A stretch of 64,000 nucleotides of DNA from assembly GCA_040901675.1 (NCBI GenBank), contig JBBDYJ010000035.1, positions 96,001-160,000 of the forward strand. Direction: 5' to 3'. A model generated the notes under the pieces. It made no database searches, had not been told where the DNA came from, and worked only from the letters and a program-made list of their open reading frames with translations. A program made the translations under genes and the position numbers. Below, piece by piece: positions 42,757 to 56,575 of this stretch; position 1 is the first letter of the stretch, and the number at the start of each line of letters is the position of its first letter. This stretch comes from Pirellulales bacterium. Its GTDB lineage: Bacteria; Planctomycetota; Planctomycetia; Pirellulales; JAICIG01.

Positions 42757-44418
42757 TCAATGGCGCAGCACGAACTCGGTCCTGTTCAGCAAGGCCCAGA
42801 GGATGTCTTCGAAGGCCTCACCCCTGTCCGGCGCGGTGCGCACGTGAACCAGGCAGGCGGCGAGCTCCTCGTTGCTCGGCTCGCGGGCCAGGCATCGCAG
42901 ATAGAGTTCCAGCACTACTTGCTCGTTATCGCTGGTGGTCTGAAGCACGCGGCCCAGCATGCCGCGGGGATTCCCGGCGTTGATGGCACCGGCGATCATA
43001 CGAGAATTCATCAGCAACAGAGCTTGGGGAATCGAAGCGGCCACTTCGTCCCGCGGATCGCTCGGGTCGTAGCCGAACGTCGCGGCGAACTGCCCCCGCG
43101 GCCCCCCCCGCCCATAGCCACCGGCCATGCGGCCGCGCCGTTGCCCCTCGGGATTCACGCCGAGCGCCGTGGTGAGCACGTCGAACACCTGGTCGCTGCG
43201 CAGCGGCTGAGTGCGGTTGGCCAGAAACGGCGTCTCGTCCGGATTGCGGCGGGGACGGCTCTCGCGCTGATAGGCCTCGCTGGCGGTGATGGCCGCAAAC
43301 AGCCATTTCACGTTATAGCCGCTGGCAATAAACTCGCTGGAGAGGAACTCCATGGTGGCCGGCGCGGAGCAACTCCGGTCGGGACCCAGGTCGTCGATGG
43401 GTTCGTAGAAGCCTTCGCCCACCAGTTCCGCCCAGATGCGGTTGACAAAGGCCCTGGCGAACCAGGGGTTGCTCTCGGCGGTCATCCAATCGGCCAGCGT
43501 CGTGCGGCGGTCGAGGTCGCTGGTGCCGGTCTCGAGCTGTGCTCCGGTCAGGAAAAACGTGGGTGTCATCAGCGTTCCCCGGGCGCTGGGGTCCGCAAGG
43601 TCCGGCATGTGATGTTCCAAGGCGCCTCGCCGATTGCCCGGCCGGCGTCCAGGGCCGCCGCGGTCCCGCGAGGCCACCTCGAAGGTGCGCATCATGCCGT
43701 CGCGGACCGGCCGCAACGCGACCCGTGGGAAGAAGGCGGCCAGCTCGTGAAACTGCTGCCGCTTCCAGCGATCGGTGGGATGGTCGTGGCACTGGGCGCA
43801 CTGGATCTGCACGCCCAGGAAGATCCGCGACGTCTCGGAGGCGACCTCGGCCGTTTCGGCCATCTGGGCCATGATCAGGCCGGTGCTTCCCTGCTCGCGG
43901 ACGTCGCCGGTCGCCTCGACGAACGATCGGGCGATCTCGTCCCATCCAGCGCCCGAGTTGAACTCGTCGCTGAGATAGTCTTCCACGGTGCGGGCGGCCA
44001 GCAGCGCCTGCTCGTTGCTGCGGCGGTAGAAAATAACGTCGCGCCAATAACGGGCCCAGTTGCGGCCGAACGCTTCATCGGCCAGGAGCCGTTCGGCGGC
44101 CCGCCACCGCTTATCGGCCGAGGGGTCGAGCGCAAAGGCGGTCACCTCGCCGGGGGTGGGCAGGCGGCCGGCCAGGTCCAGCGTCAAGCGCCGCAAGAAG
44201 ACCTGGTCGCTCGTCAAAGGCGCCGGCTCGCTGGTCCCCTGGGTGGGGCTGCTGAACACCTCCTCGGCCAGCAAGCCGTCGATCCGCTCCCCTGCCGCAA
44301 TCGCGGCTGCCTGGAGGGAATCCGTTTCCGGGCCGGCCGGCTCCTGGGCTCGGCCTTCGACCAGGAGCAGAATCGACAGGCCGGCGACGGCCATCGCCGC
44401 AATTGACACTTGCCTCAT
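42757..44418 (-). CDS. DUF1549/DUF1553 domain protein
   Basis: FLRRLTLDLAGRLPT, CAQCHDHP, FARAFVNRIW, QALLLMN, WALLN..EF. Confidence 0.95.
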   Translation of the reverse strand: MRQVSIAAMAVAGLSILLLVEGRAQEPAGPETDSLQAAAIAAGERIDGLLAEEVFSSPTQGTSEPAPLTSDQVFLRRLTLDLAGRLPTPGEVTAFALDPSADKRWRAAERLLADEAFGRNWARYWRDVIFYRRSNEQALLAARTVEDYLSDEFNSGAGWDEIARSFVEATGDVREQGSTGLIMAQMAETAEVASETSRIFLGVQIQCAQCHDHPTDRWKRQQFHELAAFFPRVALRPVRDGMMRTFEVASRDRGGPGRRPGNRRGALEHHMPDLADPSARGTLMTPTFFLTGAQLETGTSDLDRRTTLADWMTAESNPWFARAFVNRIWAELVGEGFYEPIDDLGPDRSCSAPATMEFLSSEFIASGYNVKWLFAAITASEAYQRESRPRRNPDETPFLANRTQPLRSDQVFDVLTTALGVNPEGQRRGRMAGGYGRGGPRGQFAATFGYDPSDPRDEVAASIPQALLLMNSRMIAGAINAGNPRGMLGRVLQTTSDNEQVVLELYLRCLAREPSNEELAACLVHVRTAPDRGEAFEDILWALLNRTEFVLRH

Positions 44419-44635
44419 GGCATGTCCTCGACTGGCGACTTGTGTGCTTCTTTTCGGCCCCGGAGAACGAACGATTGGCCCGCTTGCCGCATCTAACCCC
44501 ACGGAAGGCCTGCAAGTTCCGGCAAGGCCTCCTGGCGGCCGCCCCAGTATAGCACAGGTGCAGGCTGGAAGCTGTAGACTAGGGGGTGGCGCAGGTAGCC
44601 TGAATGGAGCGATACTGCACAAAGGAGCAGGTTTC

Positions 44636-44760
44636 TTGACGATCTCTTCTCGCACTCCGGAAGGCCTGCCGAATCGCTGCCCCATCTGCGGCCGTCGCGT
44701 GATCCTGGAACCGTCGGATCCCGCCTGCGACGCGCCCTGCCCGGACTGCTGTTCTCTGGG
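44636..44760 (+). pseudogene. Zn-ribbon gene N-terminus interrupted by a REP-like element
   Basis: AAGGAG + TTG, then TISSRTPEGLPNRCPICG...DAPCPDCCSL, then a REP copy at 44756-44786. Confidence 0.6.
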
Positions 44761-44891
44761 GCACGCTGCCACTTTGCGCCAGCCACGCCCGGCATGCGCG
44801 GGACACAGCACTGCTTCTCGCGGACGCCACGGCGTCCGACTCCAAGCAGTGGCACGCGACGGACGATCTCGATCCTCTGCTCCTCTGGCCC

Positions 44892-45254
44892 TCAGCTCTT
44901 CAGCTTGATCGGCAGGCGGTCGATCTTGGCGGCGAGAATAAAGTCGTTCTCCGACAGGCCCCCGATGGCGTGCGTCCAAAGCTCGATGGCCACCTTCCGA
45001 TAGCTCTCCAGGTGCAGATCGGGGTGATGGCCTTCGCTCTCGGCCACCTCCGCCACGCGGTTGAAGAAGTCGATTGCGGCCATGAAGTTCTTGGCCAGCC
45101 ACTCCTTGCGGATCCGCTGGCCATCCTCGGTCAGCCGCCAGCCGGGGAGTTTTTCGAGCTGTTCTCTCGCTTCTTCAGGCGTGGAGGGGGGAACTCCGCC
45201 CTCGCACGGGGCGCATTTCTTGGCCACAAGTTGATCGGTCGTCTGGGTCTGCAT
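44892..45254 (-). CDS. phhB: Pterin-4a-carbinolamine dehydratase
   Basis: AESEGHHPDL, WTHAIGGLSENDFILAAKID. AAGGAG RBS. Confidence 0.93.
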   Translation of the reverse strand: MQTQTTDQLVAKKCAPCEGGVPPSTPEEAREQLEKLPGWRLTEDGQRIRKEWLAKNFMAAIDFFNRVAEVAESEGHHPDLHLESYRKVAIELWTHAIGGLSENDFILAAKIDRLPIKLKS

Positions 45255-45495
45255 GGGTGGCTCCTTTCCGGGCTCGGTTCATAGCCTCTCTGGCGATTAT
45301 TATTGCCGGGCGCTCAGAAGTTTCAAACTTTCGGATAGGGAGTGTTGATGGAGCAGACTAGCGGGGGCCGCGAGGACTCGCCGAACACGTTTTGGCTGGA
45401 GGACCCCCTCCATTGATCTAGACTCCGCCGGCGGCCGCGCATGCCATCAATCCCCAGATTTTCGGCCGCTGGCCGGCGACAATCAAGGGGCCGGT

Positions 45496-45628
45496 GGACG
45501 AAGGCAGAAGGACGAAGGCAGAAGGACGCCGAGGCTGTCTCTGGGGCACGCTACCGCTTTGCCCCAGCCACCCGACGACCTCTGACCTCTGCATTGGGGC
45601 ACGCTAGCGCTTTGCCCCAGCCACCCGG
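45496..45628. repeat. Heptamer array plus two REP-like copies (CTGGGGCACGCT..CGCTTTGCCCCAGCCACCC)
   Basis: Copies at 45541-45573 and 45595-45626. Reverse complement of the copies at 2062, 2177 and 14675. Confidence 0.9.
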
Positions 45629-45642
45629 CGCCACCCCGAACC

Positions 45643-47128
45643 TCAGCGCCAGGCGAAGTCGCCGGCGTTGACGCTGGGCAGATGGCTCACCCCCATCAGA
45701 TAGCGATCGACGGCCCGGGCCGCCTCGCGCCCCTCGTGGATGGCCCAAACCACCAGCGACTGGCCGCGCCGCATGTCGCCGGCCGCGAAGACGCCGGGCA
45801 CGCTCGACATGTACTGCTCGTCGCACTGGACGTTTCCGCGCGGGTCGAGCGCGAGGCCCAACTCCTCGATGGCCCCCTTCTTTTCCGGCCCCAGAAAGCC
45901 CATCGCCAGCAGGGCCAACTGGCAGGGCCACTCCTGCTGGGTGCCGGGCACCTCCTTGAACGTTTGCCGGCCCGACTCGTCCTGGCTCCACTCAATGGTG
46001 ACGGTGACCAGGCTTCGCACTCGCCCCTGCTCGTCGCCGCGGAACTCCTTGGTCAGCACGCTCCAATGCCGGTTGCAGCCTTCCTCGTGCGAGGAGCTTG
46101 TGCGGAGCATCATCGTCCAATAGGGCCAAGGTGAATGTGTCGGCCGCTCGTCGCGGCGCGGATAGTCGCCCAGATCGGGGGGCATCGCCAACAGCTCGAA
46201 CTGCGTGACCGAGGCCGCCCCTTGCCGGTTCGAGGTGCCGGTGCAGTCGCTGCCGGTGTCGCCGCCGCCGATCACGATCACGTGCTTGCCCTGGGCACAG
46301 ATGGCCACCGAGGACGGGATGGCGTCGCCCTGGTTGCGTTTGTTCTGCTGTGGCAGGAAGTCCATGGCAAAGTGCACGCCCGCCAGGTCGCGCCCCGGGA
46401 TGGGCAGATCGCGCGCCTGCGTGGCGCCGCCGGTTAGGACCAGCGCATCGTACTGGTCACGCAGCTCGGCCACCGGCACGTTGACCCCCACGTTGGCATT
46501 CACGCGGAACAGCACTCCCTCGCCCTCCATCTGCCTGATCCGCCGCCAGACGCGCGACTTTTCCAGCTTGAAATCGGGAATGCCGTACATCAACAGGCCG
46601 CCGGGGCGGTCGTCCCGCTCGAACACGGTGACCTGGTGGCCGGCGCGGTTGAGCTGCTGGGCGGCCGCCAGGCCTGCCGGCCCGCTGCCGACCACCGCCA
46701 CCTTCTTGCCGGTGCGCTCGGCGGGCGGCTCGGGCACGATCCACCCCTCGTCGAAGCCGCGGTCGGCAATTGCCATCTCGATTTCCTTGATGGCAACCGG
46801 GTCTTCATTGATCCCCAGCACGCAGGCCGCCTCGCAGGGAGCGGGACAGACCCGGCCGGTGAACTCGGGGAAGTTGTTGGTGGCGTGCAGGCGGTCGAGG
46901 GCCATCCGCCACTGGCCGCGATAGACCAGGTCGTTCCAGTCGGGGATGATGTTTCCCAGCGGGCAGCCGGTGTGGCAGAAAGGCACGCCGCAATCCATGC
47001 AGCGGGCGCCCTGCTCGCGCAGATCGGACTCGTCGAGGACCTTGAGGAACTCGTTGTAGTGCTTGATCCGCTGGTCCGCAGGCTCGTTCTCATGGTGCCG
47101 GCGGGGATACTGCATAAAGCCGCGCACG

Positions 47129-47136
<8 letters not shown>
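45643..47136 (-). CDS. gltD: Glutamate synthase small subunit
   Basis: [41 protein letters not shown]. Confidence 0.97.
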
Positions 47137-51826
<4,690 letters not shown>

Positions 51827-51830
51827 GGCT

Positions 51831-52838
51831 TCACCGTCCATTTTGAGTTGCAATCGCCTGACCCACCGCGCAGGCCTGGCCGTTCTGACCGGCGGGCGTG
51901 CCGGCGGACGGCTTGCCCGGCAATGCCGGCTCGGCACGCTGACGGATCTTGCGCCCTTCACGCTGCAACAACTCGATAAACCGCTGCGCGGTGCTGGAAA
52001 GCTCTTTGCCCCGGCGGTGGATGATGCCCAGCGGGCGGACCAGGTCGTCGCAGTCCAAGGGCACGGCCGACAAGCTGCCCGACTGGACCTCGTGAACCAC
52101 CGTGGGTGCCGGCAGCAGGCCCACGCCGGCATCGATCTCGATGGCCCGCTTGATCGTCTCGATATTGTCGAACTCCATCACCACCTCCACCTCGGCGCCG
52201 TGCAGCGACAGCACCCGGTCGATCTCCCGGCGGATGGTCAGCTCGCCGTCGAAGCCTACCAGCTTCCGGCCATCCAGTTCGGCCAGCGAAATGCTGGAGC
52301 GGCCCGCCAGCGCATGCCCAGGCGCGCAGACCAGCACCATCGGCTCTTCACGCCACCGGATCGCTTCCACCGTTCTGGAGCTCTTGGGGTAGCTGACCAG
52401 GCCGATGTCGGCCAGGTCGTCCTCCACGCTCTGGTAGACGCGGTTGGGGTGCAAGTACTCCAGCCGCACGTTGGCCTTGGGGTGCTGGCTGAGAAAATCC
52501 TGCAGGTGCTGGTTCATATTGTGCAGCCCGACCGAATAGATCGAGGCCACGCGAACCCGGCCGGCCACCTCCTGGTGCAGTGTGCGGACCTGATCTTCAA
52601 TGGCGAAGTACCGTTCCACCACCCCCCGGCATCCCTCGTAGTACACCTCTCCCTCGGGGGTCAGCACGAAGGGCCGCTTCGAGCGGTCGATGAGCTTCAC
52701 GCCCAGGCCTTCCTCGAGCTGCTGCACCACCTGGCTGGCACCCGACTGCGAGATATCGTTTTCGTCGGCCGCCCGCGAAAAGCTCCGCTGGCGCACGACG
52801 TCGCAAAACACCTTGAGGCTTTTGAGATGAACGGCCAT
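51831..52838 (-). CDS. LysR-family transcriptional regulator
   Basis: HTH SFSRAA...[19 protein letters not shown] and a substrate-binding domain. Directly upstream of gltB. Confidence 0.95.
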   Translation of the reverse strand: MAVHLKSLKVFCDVVRQRSFSRAADENDISQSGASQVVQQLEEGLGVKLIDRSKRPFVLTPEGEVYYEGCRGVVERYFAIEDQVRTLHQEVAGRVRVASIYSVGLHNMNQHLQDFLSQHPKANVRLEYLHPNRVYQSVEDDLADIGLVSYPKSSRTVEAIRWREEPMVLVCAPGHALAGRSSISLAELDGRKLVGFDGELTIRREIDRVLSLHGAEVEVVMEFDNIETIKRAIEIDAGVGLLPAPTVVHEVQSGSLSAVPLDCDDLVRPLGIIHRRGKELSSTAQRFIELLQREGRKIRQRAEPALPGKPSAGTPAGQNGQACAVGQAIATQNGR

Positions 52839-52932
52839 GGACGAGATTACTGTTTCGAATAAAGCGAAGTGATAGTATTCAGACTGGCCATGATAGGGTA
52901 TTGCCTGGACCCCGGCCAGTCAAGCACTTTTT

Positions 52933-53179
52933 ACACGAACCCGACGCGCCAGCGAGGTCAGCCGGCCCCCCCGGCCGGGGATGCCCCTGGGGGCTCCCAC
53001 TACCGCTGGAGCAAGCCTCTCACTGGCGCGGTCGGGTTAGAGCGGGGGGATGGACACTGCTTCTCGGCAGCCGGCCACGCCGGCAGCCTCCAAGCAGAGA
53101 CACAAGAGGGGCCCCAAGGGACTGGACGGCATACGGGAGTATGCCTACTACGGACCCCATAAATGGGGTCACTACGAAC
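52933..53179. repeat. REP cluster: an inverted pair plus two CTAC-ended hairpins
   Basis: 52933-52957 is inverted against 53016-53040. GACGGCATACGGGAGTATGCCTACTAC at 53125-53151 and GGACCCCATAAATGGGGTCACTACGAAC at 53152-53179. Confidence 0.85.
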
Positions 53180-53191
53180 CCCGAGCAGCGC

Positions 53192-53246
53192 AAAAAAAGC
53201 GACCCCGGGGCGAAGGGCGCGAGAACTTTCGACCCCCGGGGCCGCA
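53192..53246 (-). terminator. Probable intrinsic terminator
   Basis: Minus strand reads GCGGCCCCGGGG...CCCCGGGGTCGC followed by T7. Confidence 0.7.
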
Positions 53247-53327
53247 AATCAGAGCGTACTATTGGCCTTCGATGCGTGGCTGCTTCTGCATGTCCTGGTT
53301 GCTAGAGGTGCTAGCTCCGCAGTCGTC

Positions 53328-53768
53328 CTACCGGCCAATCCACAACGAGAAGCCTCGCCGGTGCCCACCGACGCCGTAGCTGGGGTAGCTGTAACGGTAT
53401 CGCGACGAACCGTAGCGCGAGTAACCGTAGCGGGGGTAGCCGTGAGAATAACTGGAATAGCCATACTGCGGCGCGCTGTAATAACGCCCGCGGTGGTAGG
53501 CCCGGTGGTCCAACTGATCGTGGAACGCGTGGTGGTCTAGGTGGTCGTGCAGCCGCTCGTGCTGGTACCAGCCCATCGGATAGCGATGTGCGTCACGGTG
53601 CTCCAGTTCGCGATGGAACGCCCGGTGGTCCAAATGGTCGTGGAAGGCGCCGTGATGCGGGTCGTGGAAGCCGCCTCCGTGCCGATACTGGTAATGCTGT
53701 CCCCAGGCCGTTTGGCCGAACCAACCGACCGCCCCCAATCCGATCAGGCTCGCGATCACAAGCTTCAT
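53328..53768 (-). CDS. Secreted His/Tyr/Arg-rich small protein
   Basis: AGGAG RBS, signal peptide, repeated FHDHLDHR-like units, YSRYG-rich tail. Confidence 0.8.
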   Translation of the reverse strand: MKLVIASLIGLGAVGWFGQTAWGQHYQYRHGGGFHDPHHGAFHDHLDHRAFHRELEHRDAHRYPMGWYQHERLHDHLDHHAFHDQLDHRAYHRGRYYSAPQYGYSSYSHGYPRYGYSRYGSSRYRYSYPSYGVGGHRRGFSLWIGR

Positions 53769-54021
53769 GGCTGGACTCCTTGTGGCTGTGGGGTTCGCTG
53801 GGTCCTGGACCCCACCCGGTCGAAACCGACTACCACCATGAGCGATTCGCGTGCCGCCAGAGGGGGGCGCGCTGCTCGCAACGAGGAAACGGCCATTTTC
53901 CGGCCGAAAACCGCCGGGAAGGGTCGTGATCGCGGAGCAACCTGGCAAGCGCAGGCTCAGCCGGCGTCGTCAAATCGACGGCAGTGGTTGTCGGTTTGAC
54001 TTCCGCCGGCGGGTGCGCGAA

Positions 54022-55689
54022 TCAGCTTTCGTCGGCGGCCCCGCTGGCCTTCGATGCGGTCCGGGCGCCGTTGCCTGCCTTCGGATCGCCTGGCTTTGAA
54101 TCGGCTGCCTTCGAGTCCCCGCTGCCCGGCTTCGGATCCGGGTTACTCAACTTCACCAGCGACTCGGGGATCTCCACCCCGCCGATATCCTTGAGCACCT
54201 GCATCATGGGGGGCAGCGTGCGGGCCATCCCCTGCAGGAAGTTGGCCGTGTTGGTCGTCCCGTTCTGGCCGCCGTTCTCCCAGACCACCACCTTGTCGAA
54301 CTTGATGTTCGAGATGGCCTGGGCCGAGGCCCTGGTCAGGTCGTCGAGGTGCTCCAGCATCAGCAGTTGGAAGGCGTCCTTGGCGCTGCCGCAGGCGGAG
54401 ATGATCTCCCGCAGGCCTTCACCCTTCTTGGCCAGGATTTCGTATTGGCCGCGGGCTTCGGCTTCCAGCCTGGCGAAGATGGCCTTGGCATCGCCTTCCG
54501 CCTCGATCCTCCGCTTTTCGGCCTCGGCGTCGGCTTGCACCAGCACCCGGGCCCGCTCGGCCTTGGCGGGAGCTTCCAAGGCGGCCCGCTTCTCGGCCTC
54601 GATCCGCTCGGCCTCGGCCAGGGCCGCCTTGGCCATCGCCCGGTTCTGAGCTTCGAGCACGGCGGCCTCGGCTTCGCGTTTGCGCGTCTCGCCCAGGGCG
54701 TAGGCGTCGGCCTTCTTGACCAGCAGCGTGGCCTGCGAGGCGGCGATTTCGGCTTGCGACTGGTTCTCGCCGGTCACCGCCTTGGCGTTGGCGTCGGCCA
54801 GGCGGATGCGCATCTGGCGCTCGGCGTCCTTGACCTGGGCCTCGCGCTCGAAGGCCGCCGTCTGCTCGCCGATGGTCTGCTCCTTCTCCAGCTCCGCCAC
54901 CCGTACGGCCTGCTCGCGCTGGGCCTGGCGGGTGCCGATCTCGCGGAGCTTGGTGGCCGCGGCCACCTGGATGAACTTGTCGCGTTCGGCTTCCGCCACG
55001 CGGGTCTCGCCCATCTTTACGTTTTCGGCCACGTCGCCGCGGGCCTGCTGGATCGCCAGCGAGGCGGCTTTCTGGCCGATGGCGTCGATGTAGCCCGACT
55101 CGTCGGTGATGTCGGTGATGTTGACGTTGATCAGCACGAGGCCGACCTTCTTCAGTTCCGGTTCCAGCGACTTCTGGATGTGTTCCAGAAAGGTTTCGCG
55201 GTCGCGGTTGATGTCCTCGATGCGCATCGAAGCGATCACCTGGCGCAACTGGCCGAAGATGATTTCCTCGGCCTGCTTCTTGATTTCGGTGGTATTCAGG
55301 CCCAGCAAGCGGATGGCTGCATTGCCCATCACGTCCGGGTTCGTGCCGATGGCCACGGTAAACACGCTGGGCACGTTGACGCGGATATTCTCCATCGATA
55401 GCGCGCCGCGCAGCGGGATTTCGATCTGGATCGGCTCCAGGCTCAGCCAGGCGTAGTCCTGAAACACAGGCCAGACCATCGCGGCGCCACCGTGGATGCA
55501 CTTGGAGGCGTCGCCGCTGGTGCCTGCCTTGCCGTAGATGACCAGCACCCGGTTGCTGGGGCAGCGCTTGTAGCGGGTCAGCAAGGGCAGGAACAGCAGA
55601 AAGAACACGGCCACAACGCACAGCGCGATCACGCCCAGCCAGAAGAGTGCACCGCCCGGCAACTGCGCAAGAAGCGTGGAGCTAAGCAT
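54022..55689 (-). CDS. Flotillin/SPFH (Band 7) protein
   Basis: TM helix, RYKRCPSNRVLVIYG, SPFH domain, AEA coiled-coil repeats. Confidence 0.93.
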   Translation of the reverse strand: MLSSTLLAQLPGGALFWLGVIALCVVAVFFLLFLPLLTRYKRCPSNRVLVIYGKAGTSGDASKCIHGGAAMVWPVFQDYAWLSLEPIQIEIPLRGALSMENIRVNVPSVFTVAIGTNPDVMGNAAIRLLGLNTTEIKKQAEEIIFGQLRQVIASMRIEDINRDRETFLEHIQKSLEPELKKVGLVLINVNITDITDESGYIDAIGQKAASLAIQQARGDVAENVKMGETRVAEAERDKFIQVAAATKLREIGTRQAQREQAVRVAELEKEQTIGEQTAAFEREAQVKDAERQMRIRLADANAKAVTGENQSQAEIAASQATLLVKKADAYALGETRKREAEAAVLEAQNRAMAKAALAEAERIEAEKRAALEAPAKAERARVLVQADAEAEKRRIEAEGDAKAIFARLEAEARGQYEILAKKGEGLREIISACGSAKDAFQLLMLEHLDDLTRASAQAISNIKFDKVVVWENGGQNGTTNTANFLQGMARTLPPMMQVLKDIGGVEIPESLVKLSNPDPKPGSGDSKAADSKPGDPKAGNGARTASKASGAADES

Positions 55690-56296
55690 GGGAAATCCTT
55701 TGAGGCTCCGGCACCAGTTCGACTTCGACGGTGCTCGGCCCGATTACATTGACCACAACGACGCGGGCCCCAACCGGCAGCGGCTCCTGCGACGTCATTG
55801 CTTCGTATTCCATCGTGCGGTTCTGCAAGTTCAAGTGCACTTTGCCCGCTCCGGCTTTCTGGCCGGGGATCCTCAAGTACACGGTTCCGGCCTGGCCCAC
55901 GGCGCGCTCGATCCGTGCTGTGCCGTCGGCCCTGAGCTTGTGGAGCACCTGCATCATCCAATGAATCATGTACATGGCGCCGGCGCCGGCGGCCAGTGCG
56001 ACCACGAGCGTCAGCTCGTTAGGCAATTCGGCTGAAGTGCCGGCCAGTCCGGCCAGGCCAAAAAAAGTCACCGCCGCCATGAGCGTCCGGAAAGTGAGCA
56101 TGCCCACGAACCACGACGGACCGTGATGGCCGGCGTGCCCTGCGTCCCCGCCATCCGCGACATCGGCGCCGTCGGCGGACAGATCGTCGGGCAGGTCGAT
56201 GTCCGACAGTCCCAATATGGTCATCAGGACTTGGCAAGCGAGCACGGTGCCGCCGATCACCGCGCAAACGCTATAAACAATGGTGATGAATGTCAT
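55682..56296 (-). CDS. NfeD-like membrane partner of flotillin
   Basis: Three TM segments, C-terminal OB-fold (VGQAGTVYLRIPG...G.RVVVV). Overlaps the flotillin start. Confidence 0.85.
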   Translation of the reverse strand: MTFITIVYSVCAVIGGTVLACQVLMTILGLSDIDLPDDLSADGADVADGGDAGHAGHHGPSWFVGMLTFRTLMAAVTFFGLAGLAGTSAELPNELTLVVALAAGAGAMYMIHWMMQVLHKLRADGTARIERAVGQAGTVYLRIPGQKAGAGKVHLNLQNRTMEYEAMTSQEPLPVGARVVVVNVIGPSTVEVELVPEPQRISHA

Positions 56297-56575
56297 GGCC
56301 CTGGCTCCGAAAGACCTGTCGCTCCGAAAGAACGGTGACCTCCGCGAGAACGGAGACGTTGTCCGATTGGATTTCGCCGCCCGCAGGGCAATCTTGCCGA
56401 AAAGAGCCCGCGGCCGCGGTTCATCATCGGGGAGCCGTAAGTCGTTGTCAAATTCGGTCCGGCCATTATTCAACCACCTTCCGGTCAACTGTAGGTTAAA
56501 GTTACGGCCAAAGGTGGACTTTTCGCTACGTGCCCCAACCGAACCACCGCTCTCGACAATCCGACGGCAATCCCA

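Noticed and set aside
53125..53180. Riboswitch or sRNA upstream of lysR-gltBD
   Set aside because: The hairpins end in CTAC and one matches the REP inside gltB, so repeats explain them better.
53259..53292. 10-codon ORF MQKQPRIEGQ before the terminator, as a possible leader peptide for gltBD
   Set aside because: Too short to support, and it is separated from lysR by a REP cluster. The terminator is explained by the His-rich gene.
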